Positions 11,101-20,661 of a stretch of 64,000 bases of DNA are shown one piece after another (positions within the stretch are counted from its first letter, which is position 1; the number at the start of each line of letters is the position of its first letter). Under the pieces are notes generated by a model. It searched no databases, was not told the DNA's origin, and saw only the letters and a program-made list of their open reading frames with translations. The stretch is taken from the NCBI GenBank assembly GCA_905178155.1, contig CAJINV010000015.1, forward strand, positions 758,955 to 822,954, given 5' to 3'. The translations under genes were made by a program, and so were the position numbers. This stretch comes from Amoebophrya sp. A120. Its lineage: Eukaryota > Protista > Dinoflagellata.

Positions 11101-12447
11101 AGGATCCCGGAACAAATCGGCATCCGCCTGTTTCACTTCGAGCTCGCGTTTCCTGATAAAAAGTAGAGATTGGAATTGGATTGAGTTTTTGTATTTAACA
11201 ATGAACATTGCTGATGCAGTTTAAGTTCTGTAGTCGTTGTACTTGTACAGAAGATGGAAGTACACATCAAGCTACTTCTTCGAGGGAGCTTACTACACTC
11301 AGAACATCAAATCATGTCGTTCACATATACCTTTTCTCTTCCTCCTCTTCTTGCCTCGCTCTTTCTTCCATTTCCCGCATAAAGCCCCCGAACAGCCTTT
11401 GCGCTCCGACTTCCCCTATCAACTGCAAAAACGTCTAGGTCTGACAGAGTGCCAGGTTTGTCATGCATATTTTGCATGGCCCATGGTGCCTGTGATGCAT
11501 GATTTAGCATCACAGCTTTTTTAAGGGCTTTATAATGCCTATTCCGCATGAGAAATAATGGCCTCTACGCGTAGTACAAACCGGACTCCCATAATTGCTG
11601 GTCATGCAACACAGGTTTTTTTGGAATCCGAAGACAGCATGACAAGTTACATCCTTCCAGACCCAGACATATTTGCAATGCATATCCCCTCCGGCCGCCT
11701 TGGCATTTCGTTCGATTTCCTCGCGTAGTTCCCTGACCTCCGCGGGCTATGAAAGCCTCAGGTTGGAAATCCTCAAAGTGAAAATAATTTGTAATGCAAA
11801 AAAACGACTTTAGTTGAAGCAGCATTTCTAGTCGGCGCATGACAAATTTCCCGGGCACTCGTCGAAGCGTGTCTGTCATACTAGTTAGGCAAAGGGGTGC
11901 CCTTCTCTCATGCTAATCAGCAGCCCAATTCTGAACCCGTAGAAGCACAATAGTCAGCCTCCATTGCGTTCTCTGCAAAAGAGTCTTTTTGGTGTCGCAT
12001 TTCATGCATCACAAATCATTTCCACTTTGAGAAGTTCCATTCTGAGGCTTTCATACGGGCTCTGCGGCCTCTCGGTCTTCCCTTCTTCGCTTCCGGTTTT
12101 CATCTATGCATTGCAAATATGTCTGGGTCTGGAAACATGTGAACCTCTGATGCGCATTTGAGACCAGAAGCAAATCTGTCACGCATGGACCGCAAAAGCC
12201 GCTCATTTCTTGTCACCAAAAGAGGGAACCTGTCATGCGGATTAGACATCGCCTAACGTGCTCAAAACCTGTGTTGCTAAGACTTGCATGCCAGACCTTC
12301 TGTGTCATGCACAAACAGCATGACACCCTTCCAGGAGACCCAGACATATTTGCAGTTCATATCATCTTCCGAGGAACTTTCCTCCGACCCCTCCTCGGCC
12401 TCCAGATCCCGAAACTGGGCGGCTTTGTCGCCTCGTCGCTTCGGCAT
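2187..12447 (-). CDS. SPT5: Transcription elongation factor SPT5 (multi-exon: 16 introners and 7 GT-AG introns)
   Basis: Acidic N-terminus (RDLEAEEGSEE). NGN domain (DPKLWCVK...YIYIEAFKEQ...LVP). KOW1 (FVRVLANGTYRGDLGRV...MKPRL), KOW2 (FETGDKIEVYMGQLKG), KOW3 (KYFEPGQRVKVI), KOW5 (NPYKGQLCEF...RVALQ). The frame is continuous from ATG 12447 to TAG 2187 after manual splicing. Confidence 0.93.
2266..2423. mobile_element. Introner family A (SPT5 intron)
   Basis: TIR TAT-N7-AAAAGTATCGYACTCGTA; DR taatt. Confidence 0.88.
3146..3467. mobile_element. Introner family F (SPT5 intron)
   Basis: TIR TAT-N7-AAA...CCCTCCCCATATCGAA; DR ggtaa. Confidence 0.88.
3517..3665. mobile_element. Introner family A (SPT5 intron)
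   Basis: Family A TIR; DR tcatc. Confidence 0.9.
4147..5048 (+). mobile_element. Non-autonomous Helitron-like element, copy 1 (nested in a family G introner)
   Basis: Inserted at A|T with no target duplication. 5' end TTACTATCTATTATATT; 3' GC hairpin gccccggcggcagccggggc (5021-5040) followed by CTGG; internal CCCTCTCGCGCYA minisatellite. Confidence 0.75.
4618..4716. repeat. ~13-bp minisatellite CCCTCTCGCGCYA inside Helitron-like copy 1
   Basis: Tandem units are directly visible; the complementary array lies at ~14953-15045. Confidence 0.85.
5370..5620. mobile_element. Introner family B (SPT5 intron)
   Basis: TIR TATCAAATGTAAAAATGTCTGGGTCTGGAA; DR gggat/tggat. Confidence 0.9.
6234..6499. 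mobile_element. Introner family B (SPT5 intron)
   Basis: Family B TIR; DR tcgct. Confidence 0.9.
6562..6840. mobile_element. Introner family E (SPT5 intron)
   Basis: Perfect TIR TATCCTGAGTAAAAACGTACCCACACCAGAGT; DR gattc. Confidence 0.92.
8089..8396. mobile_element. Introner family C (SPT5 intron)
   Basis: TIR TATGGA....TCAG..TTGAAATCG.CAAAGTTGAA; DR tcgcc/tcgcg. Confidence 0.9.
8567..8728. mobile_element. Introner family D (SPT5 intron)
   Basis: TATCCACAGGAA...GGAAATTTGTATTGCATA; DR tcaac. Confidence 0.88.
8773..9029. mobile_element. Introner family B (SPT5 intron)
   Basis: Family B TIR; DR cgttg/cgttc. Confidence 0.88.
10154..10460. mobile_element. Introner family C (SPT5 intron)
   Basis: Family C TIR; DR tttcc. 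Confidence 0.9.
10530..10682. mobile_element. Introner family D (SPT5 intron)
   Basis: Family D TIR; DR ggagg. Confidence 0.9.
10842..11097. mobile_element. Introner family B (SPT5 intron; left end GAT)
   Basis: Family B TIR; DR taaag. Confidence 0.86.
11417..11684. mobile_element. Introner family B (SPT5 intron)
   Basis: Family B TIR; DR tcccc. Confidence 0.88.
11748..12055. mobile_element. Introner family G (SPT5 intron)
   Basis: TIR TATGAAAGCCTCAG; DR cgggc. Confidence 0.9.
12105..12361. mobile_element. Introner family B (SPT5 intron)
   Basis: Family B TIR; DR tcatc. Confidence 0.9.
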
Positions 12448-13820
12448 TGTATGTTCTTGCTAGAATAGAATATCGACGACCCACAGAACTGCAGCCCTTG
12501 CTAGTGCAGAGTCGTCCGATCGTGTAGAAGTCGCAGGAGCAGGTGGGGGCCGCGGCTTGTTGATATCGCTATGTACTCCGCGTCGATATCTGTAACCGCA
12601 TGAGTCGCTTCTTCAAATAACAGCTCTGAAAGATGGTAGTCGTCGGTGTCGTTCTTTTTCCGCGTTCATTTAAAAAAGTTGTACGTTCATTTGGTCGTCG
12701 TGGTGAAAACGATTGAAAAAACAGGTATCAACAAGAGCGAGATATTAAAGTATTAATTTCTTTGGTCCCGTAGCCAATTCGTCGACACAACTTGGAGGAA
12801 AAAAGAAGTGCCACAATTATCGGTCCTCTACTCTTCCCTAAAAGTGATTTTCAGGAGGTCATGGAACTTATTTCTAGGCCAGATAGTGCGCACAACACAC
12901 TGACTACAAGTGATACTGTTGGTTCGAGTTCGATATTTGTGCGTAGGAAGGAGATTTTTTCGAAATCGAACGACCTCCGGGGTCTGCAACAGCAACAAGC
13001 AGCTCATCAACATCAACTCCACTCATAAGCGTGAGGTGGAACCTCGTCAGGAACATCATATCGTACTCATTTATTTTCGAGTAGATTTTTTATCACGATT
13101 TTTATCATACTGAAAGAAACTGATCTGCTTCGACCTCGAACGTACAGTCTCCACCTAGTAGTACTACAGCGTTAATCACTTCTTGTTCCGTCGAAGAGCT
13201 CGTGCCAGACGCAGGCACTTTGGCTTGTTCCTGATGATCTCAACCTCAACCACGAAGATCTCGTCTTGATCTTGCCACTGCCAGAGGCACGACTCCGTAC
13301 CTATTTTGAGCGTCGATTTTAACAGCTTCAGAATCTTGATTCTGATTTATCGTTTCATCTGGAAAGGGGGAGAGCTTTGCTTTCTACTATTTTTTCCAGT
13401 GGTATTTTTTTACTTGTTTGTCGACGAGCACCATCAGATCACGTATCTTCACACTACTTCTACTACGAACAACATGCAAAAAAGCGCCAGAACATGAGGG
13501 CGATTTTGTGCCGTGATTCAGAGCGTGGGATTGAAGATTTTATGTGTTCTTGCTAGTATAATCGTGTCGTGCACGAGGACGACGTCATGCTGATATCTTG
13601 TTCATTCATCAACTGACACGATTCATAGAAAAGAACTGAGGAAATGGGTTTTATTCCCTTGCTCTAACAAGTACAAGGAAGGACAAAAGCACGTTCAGCT
13701 ATCCACGACATCATGCACTTTCTTACAGATCTCGACCGCAGCACTTCTCAAAGCAAGCGTCGGCATCATCGGTGACGAGTTACTTGTCATCCAAGTAGTA
13801 TAGCAAGCCTCCACTCACTG

Positions 13821-16800
13821 TCACTTCATCTTCCCGAGCGCTTTGTAGAACCCCTGAACTTCCTTATCGACATCCGCATTCCCGGTTAGTTTCACCTGCT
13901 GCTGATTCACCGGGTCGTAAACATGCGTTTGATGGTGGTGACCGCCGCCCGCATGAGAAGTTACCGCCCCACCGTTTTCGCTCTCCACTTGCTCCTTTGC
14001 GATTTCCGTGAGTGAGGCCGTGGCTTCCTTGCGCAGAGACACAAACCAAGACTCGAAGTCCTTCTGCAGTCGCTTTTTGTTCTGCTCTATCCACAGCAAA
14101 TTTCCCGCACACGTACAAATGCAGTCTCTGCATGACAAAACTTGCAAGTTAGCGCTCCTTGTCATGCATTTTGTACAGGTATGGGAAATCCACATTGCAT
14201 ATGCTCCAAAACCTGCTGGATCCGCTCAATGTCGTGTTTCACCTGCCGGAGGGTGTTCGTGTTGTCCGAGTAGATTTTCTTGTCGTGCTCCAGCTGCGAA
14301 AGAAGGTGCTGCTCCTGCGGGTCTGATGTGGTCGTGGTGGATATGGTTGTTCCAATTTCAGTGTAAGGAGCAACGGTAAGCGATCAATCGCAAACTTTTT
14401 CCTTTTAGTACAGAAGGGAATCGATTACTATTCTGCAAATCAAAAACACTAAGCAAAGCTGCAGTGGAAGTGGTACAAGCAAAAAGTACCTGGCGCCTTC
14501 TCCTTCCCACTGCTCACGGCCCCACTTTGCTCCCCATCCACCCCTTTCTCCTCCTCCCCATCCTCCATGGCTCTCCCTAATCTCAACTTCTGTATTTCCG
14601 TCTTGCACTGCGCCGCGCGCTGCCGTGCCGTGTTTGCCTCCTCACCCAGCGCTTTCGCGTTGACATACAATTCCCGCAACAGTTCCTTGTTTTCTTCAAA
14701 CGATTCGTTATGCTGTGCAAGAGTATCGTACTAGTATGAACCAGCCATGCTCCGGCTGCCGCCGGAGCGCAAGGCTGTTGGGCCGGGGCAAGACTGTTTG
14801 CCGATCGGACCACAACCCCGCGGGCCTATGCACAACGAAACATATTGCGCCTCGCCAACCCGCAGGACCACTTGCGCGCTTCCCGCGCCTGTGGGCGCTC
14901 TGCGCAGGGAGCAGCTGCAAAGAACACCGGGGGCGAACAGAAGCCGCCCGGCGGGAGAGGGTAGCGCGAGAGGGTGGCGCGAGAGGGTGCGCGCGAGGGT
15001 GGCGCGAGAGGGTTGCGCGAGAGGGTGCGCGAGAGGGTGGCGCGGAAAGGCGCCGCACAAAACAGCTCCGCGAATGGCCTGCAGTGCCAAATATGGGTAG
15101 TGCCATGCGGATTCGCGCCCGTTTCTTTGTGTTTTACCCTCTCGCAGACCTCTCGCAGAGCCTCTTTTTGACCTCTTTTGGGGGTCCCCGCTAATAATCC
15201 GGCTATACTCGCGGGTAGAGGTCGACAGAGGTGGCCGAGAGGTGGCCAAGAGGGTCCGCGAGAGGTCGCCCCTTATTCGCGCCACCTCTCGCCACCTCTG
15301 TCGACCTCTCGCGCCCCCTCTTTTTGACCTCTCTGCACCCTCTGTGCCACTTAGGCGGCGCCTAAGGGTGGGCCCTTACTGTGGGCCTTATTCGCGCACC
15401 CTCTCGCGGACCCTCTCGAACGGGGTCCCGCGCCACCTCTCCACCTCTGTCGACCTCTTTTCTACCTCTGTCGACCTCTTTTTTACCTCTCGGCCACCTC
15501 TCTGGGACCCTCTGTCTACCTCTTTTTTCGCATTAATATAATGTATAAGTAATCGCATGACAAATTTTTCCAGAAGGAAAAATTGAATTTGTCATGCAGA
15601 TTCGGGTAAAAGACTACATCTGTACTGCAAGGCTGCCATTTAATATACGAGTACGATACTTTTGCAATGGATATTCGTTTCGCCTAACTGATTTCCGAAA
15701 AACTTCAAACGCCTTTGCGCGGTCGAGGAGGAGTTCTGCAGCCTCGCGGCCCTGGGGGACTGGGGCGGAACTGGAGCTTGAAGATGCATTTTTTCCTGGG
15801 ACGCCGCGACTATGCGGTGCGTAAGAACTACTGGAAGAAGCTGAAGCTGCTGAGCCTCCCCCTGCAATGCTCGTTACATCCGACGCAGCGACGCTGGTAT
15901 TCAACGCGGAAGAAGACAACATCCCTTGCGTAGTTGCGCTCGTACTCCGGCTTGCGACGCTGCTGGCGGAAGGCGAGTGATCGGCTTTTGTGGAGGAAGA
16001 CGTATCCTGTGCAAAAGTATCACACTCGTATTGCAGTCATGCATCACAAATCTTTTCCTTAACGTAAATCCGCATTACAAATTATATTTGTCATGCTGAG
16101 AAAATTTGTAATGCATCTATACGAGTACGATACTTTTGCATTGCATAAGACGCGCTAGTTCCTGAAGCGCCGCCGCCCCGACTCGACGCCGCACTTCCAT
16201 CTATCCACAGTAAATTTCCCGCACACGTACACATGCGGTCTCTGCATGACAAAACTTGGCTTCGATCCTAGTTTAGCATGGCAAGTTTTACGCTTCAAAT
16301 TGGTGAAATTTGTGATGCATGTTGTACATGTACGGGAAATTTGTATTGCATACCATCACCAGCTGCGCCATTACCGCCGCCCCGATTCACGATCGAGACC
16401 AAGATGCCGATTTCCTGATCTCTCTGCGCCACTTCCAGTTCTAGCTGCTTGATTTGTTGCTGCAGCGCCGCGGTGTTTTTGTTTGATGACGTTGTACCGC
16501 CTGCAGAAGATGAGGACGAAGCACCGGCGCCTGAGGTTGCGTTCAACCCTCCAGTATGCATTGCAAAAGTATCGTACTAGTATAAATTGCATTACAAATT
16601 GGCTTAGCATTACAAATTAAATTTGTAATGCGGATTTGCCTTGAGAGAAAAATTTGTAATGCATGATTGCAATTACTACGAGTACGATACTTTTGCACAG
16701 GATATCCAGCAGCTCCCACCCCACCGCCGTTCAACGCCAATTGCCGGAACTGTCGGAATATCCTGTGCAAAAGTATCGCACTCGTATAAATGCATTACAA

Positions 16801-19800
16801 ATTTCCTCAGCATGAGAAGGAAAATTTGTAATGCGGATTGACCTTAGGTAAAGGATTTGTAATGCATGATTTTGATTGCAATACGAGTACGATACTTTTG
16901 CACTGGATACGGAAACACTCCAACTGCTTCTTCCTCCCGCCGCCGACTTATCAAGTGTAAAAGTGTCTGGGTCTGGAAGGGTGCCACACTTGTCATGCAG
17001 GTTTTCTATGACCCATGACGTCTGGCATGTAGGACATAGCATGACACATTCTGTGAGAGTTCCATCATGCCTATCCTGCATGAGAAACTGCCTCTCGATT
17101 AGGTCAGAAGTGGACAGCTTTTGATAAGCATGCAACACAGATTTTTACATCATTCAGATTTAGCATGACAAGTTCCATCCTTCCAGACCCAGACATTTTT
17201 ACAATCCATACGACTATGAAATTCGCGATTTGCGTGTCTTCGCAGAACTCCAAAACCTGCTTTTTGCACTTTTCCACCTTCTCTAAACTGAGCTCGCTAT
17301 CCGGATCCGCGTCGTCCTCGTCGTCCCCACGGTATTGCTTCAGTTCGTCTTTCAACTCCAAAATCTCGCGCTTCAGTCGTTTTATCATCAACTGCGGGTC
17401 CAGTTCCTCGTTTACGATCGCCGAATTTTTGATGCACGCTACTCTTTGCGCAAACCGGCAGGTGGAAATCGCTTCGTCGATGTTGGTCGGCTCGACTGCG
17501 ATGGTCCCGACCATCACCGTTTTACAGTTTCCGCCGAGGGAGTCGCGGAGCACCGAAGTCATCATAGAATTCCGGTACGGGATGTGCATCCGGCCGCCGG
17601 TGGAGCGTTCGTTTAAGGCGACGATGACTTGCTCGAGAAAATGGAGGGAGGTGTTGATGTATTTGGCTTCGCTGTTTTGATGTTCTTGTGATGCGATTAC
17701 CATTCACTCCTTACTTGACCCATGCAATTCCACATGACAATCTCAACCGACCGAAAATCGAAATAAAATCATAAATACGCCAGCAACTTCCCATCCACGC
17801 CCGTCTTGCTCACGCGCTCCGATCCGGCAAGATCCACCAAGTGCACTTTCGACCTCCTCACTACGTCCGAGCCGTGCTCGGAACTCTGGATCCAAATGAT
17901 GAAGATGCAGTGCGACCGCGTGGAGGCGTCGTTCATGGGCGTCTCTGCGACCACGCGGTTGGTATCGCCGAGGAAGAGAAGGTTCAAAGCGTCTTCTTCC
18001 GAGGCAGCGACGTTGACGGAGAGGTTTTTCAGATGCATGTTGCCATCTTCGTCTTCGCGCAGGGAAACCTGGAGTTTGTTGTGCAGAACAGCCTAGCCAA
18101 AAAATTCAAAGGACTCAAATTGTAATGCTGAAACGGGAAAATCAACACCCACAAGCACAGGCAAATAAGCAGTGTTAATATTAGCATGACAAACTCTAGA
18201 AAGAAGTTGAAGTACCTTCGGCAACGACTCCAATTTCTGTGCTTGCTCGTCCCGGGAAAGTAAATCGTACCCGTAATTGTTGTAGATTTCCAGGTACGAG
18301 ACAAACACGGAGTGTGAATTCTGCCCGTCTCGCCTTATATGCTCGAAAATTTCGGAAATCGTCCGTGGTATCAACCTATGGAAGTCTCAGGACCGCAATC
18401 GACAAAGTTGAAATGATTTCTGATGGATAAAACGGATACTAGTTGGTGCCCAGTTTCCAAGTGGCGCATGACAAATTTGGGTAGAACCCCAGTCCAGTTT
18501 GTCATGCTGTTTGGGTAAGGAAGACGCCTTTTTTCATGCTTCTTCACCAGCTTTATTTCTACCCCTACTCAAGAACAACAGACTTACAATCTGCCTCACT
18601 TGCCTACTCTGCAAGATAGGCATTTTGTGGCTTGCATGTTATGCATTACAACTTTTTCAACTTTTTTGATTTCGATCCTGACGCTTCCGTACAACCCCCG
18701 GTCGACGTATTTCTCCGAGCCACCGGTGATCGTGTTATCCTGTGCAAAAGTATCGTATTCGTATAAATGCAAGTCTTGCATTACAAATCTTTGTCTTAAG
18801 GCAAATCTGCATTACAAATTTTCTTTCTCATGCTGAAGAAATTTGTAATGCATTTATACGAGTACGATACTTTTGCAATTCATACGTGTACGTTTTCCCC
18901 GATATCAAATGCAAATATGTTTGGGTCTGGAAACCTGTGATGCAAGGAAGGGAATACTAGTGAGCCCACTGTGATGCGCTCCCCAGCATGACAAGTTTTC
19001 CGGTGCCTCTGAGTTGCGTACTCCGCATGAGAAGCCGCGTTTTTGCATCACAGACAGGAGGACCTCTACTTCGCGGGCACGCAATACAGAGTTTAGAGTC
19101 ATGCTCATGCCAGACTAGCATCATAAATCTCGCAATTATCTCCCAGACCCAGACATATTTGCAGTTCACACCGGACCCCGTTTGCCCATACGCGAAGATC
19201 GTACCGTTCAAACCGTTCAAAGCGTCTTTGATTACTATCCCGTGTAAAAACATCCCCACCTCAGCGTGGTTGTCATGCGATTCTGCATGCCAAAAAAGTT
19301 TCTCATGCGGAGCCCTATGAGAAGCATTTCCCCTTCGTGTTTTGGGATTTGTGTTGCTAGGATCAGCGTGATATGCTAGATCTGTCATGCTTCTGAGCTA
19401 GCTGCACAGGATCGCACTACGAGGATAAATTTGTCATGCAAAAACACCAAAGCTGTGTGATTTGTCTAGCAGATTTCCCATGTTGACTCTGGTGTGGGGA
19501 CGTTTTTAATCAGAATAATTACCGGCCCGGCGACTGTTTTGAAAACTTCCTCCTGCGTCGCGTCCATGCCGAATAACCCGTCGAACTTGAACTTGTGATT
19601 CTGCTTCGAGTTGTTGACAAGTTGGCCCTGCCCGGAATCCACATGCTCCCGGTCGATGTGAAAATCCACAATGTCGTCGTCATCGCGGAAAGAATATTCG
19701 CAAGAAATTTCCCGTACACATAAGTACAAGTGCGGTCTCTGCATGGCAAAACTGGGCTTCGATCCTCGTTTAGCATGACAAGTTTTACACCCCAAATTGG

Positions 19801-19949
19801 AGAAATTTGTGATGCATTTTGTACATGTACAGGAAATTTGTATTGCATAAGGAAAAACCCGGGAACGCACGGGTGGTGGGACGCACGCGGAGAAACACAC
19901 GAATGTTCGTGTTCGAACCTGCTGACTGAGATTTGTCTTTCTCTGACAT
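13821..19949 (-). CDS. KIF6: Kinesin-9 family motor (KIF6/KLP1-like), multi-exon
   Basis: IRVFLRVRP, FAYGQTGSGKTYT P-loop, SYLEIYN, NDASTRSH, LVDLAGSE, HIPYRNS...LRDSLGGN, EELDP and a KIF6-like C-terminal LTGNADVDKEVQGFYKA. Confidence 0.9.
14088..14201. mobile_element. Introner family D, short (kinesin intron)
   Basis: Family D TIR; DR tgctc. Confidence 0.86.
14709..15673. mobile_element. Introner family A (kinesin intron) carrying a nested Helitron-like element
   Basis: Family A TIR; DR ttcgt; removal gives RNESFEENKELL. Confidence 0.88.
14741..15552 (-). mobile_element. Non-autonomous Helitron-like element, copy 2 (nested in a family A introner)
   Basis: Reverse-complement homolog of 4147-5048. 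A|T target, 5' TTACTTATACATTATATT, hairpin gctccggcggcagccggagc followed by CTGG. Confidence 0.75.
16003..16147. mobile_element. Introner family A (kinesin intron)
   Basis: Family A TIR; DR agacg. Confidence 0.9.
16202..16352. mobile_element. Introner family D (kinesin intron)
   Basis: Family D TIR; DR ccatc. Confidence 0.9.
16555..16704. mobile_element. Introner family A (kinesin intron)
   Basis: Family A TIR; DR tccag. Confidence 0.9.
16759..16909. mobile_element. Introner family A (kinesin intron)
   Basis: Family A TIR; DR cggaa. Confidence 0.9.
16949..17210. mobile_element. Introner family B (kinesin intron)
   Basis: Family B TIR; DR cgact. Confidence 0.9.
18377..18691. mobile_element. 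Introner family C (kinesin intron; right end GTA)
   Basis: Family C TIR; DR caacc; removal gives RGLIPR. Confidence 0.88.
18736..18884. mobile_element. Introner family A (kinesin intron)
   Basis: Family A TIR; DR cgtgt. Confidence 0.9.
18903..19170. mobile_element. Introner family B in the kinesin P-loop (right end ACA)
   Basis: Family B TIR; DR cccga/ccgga; removal gives GQTGSGKT. Confidence 0.88.
19236..19517. mobile_element. Introner family E (kinesin intron)
   Basis: Degenerate family E TIR; DR attac. Confidence 0.86.
19695..19849. mobile_element. Introner family D (kinesin intron)
   Basis: Family D TIR; DR aagaa/aggaa. Confidence 0.86.
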
Positions 19950-20661
19950 GATGCTTTTTGGCAGGCTTTTTGAACTCCAAGAAAAAAGGATATTGTCAAT
20001 TACGGCCGCCGTGGTGGTGCCTGAACTGCACGACGACCCTTATCGAAAAACAAAAATCGACTCTTTGCCTTTATTTGTATGTGCTGGTGTTGATCCTCCT
20101 TTTAAAGCTCCAGATGAACCAGAAGTAGCCGAGCCCTGTTGTAGTTCCTCGGGGCAGGAGCACGGATCCTTTAGCGGCCCTTCTTGTTCTTGAGCTGCAC
20201 CGACACTGACACCGACACCTACCTGCTTTCGGCGCCGGATCATGAGGAGAACAAGCATGCGGCATTGGCGCTGCTGGTCTCGTCGTTCCGCAATGCTTTT
20301 ACGCAAAAATCCTACTTCGTGGTGTTGCACTTCACGCAGATTTTAGAGTTGTTGCTGCTGGTTCATTCTTCAGGATTAAAGCCAATAATCTTCATTACGT
20401 CAACATCTTCATCAGGAGACGCTTTTGCATTCATTGTACAAAAAAAAAGTAAATTTTCACGAAATTTTCAATAAGGCATTTTTTTTATTTTCGTGACAAA
20501 TAAAACAAAACCTTAGTAGGGACAAGGTGAAGCGCAACATCTTTGTTCTCGAGATCTAAGTAGGGACTTCTTTGAAGTTTGCAAATTCAGGTTTTCATCT
20601 ATTACCTCTGCTAAAAGCCTTTTTTCTACTTTCCGGAGTGGAATAATCAACAAACTGCGAC

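Noticed and set aside
2187-12447. SPT5 and the other interrupted genes as transposon-disrupted pseudogenes
   Set aside because: Each interruption translated is removed by the same rule, and the exons have no stops or frameshifts and keep conserved motifs.
12767-12785. ccgtagcca resembling a relic dinoflagellate spliced leader
   Set aside because: Only a 9-nt match, and on the strand opposite to the flanking genes.
16003-17210. Repeat-spacer-repeat pattern resembling a CRISPR array
   Set aside because: The repeats are paired inverted termini and the spacers are in-frame kinesin exons; the context is eukaryotic with no cas genes.
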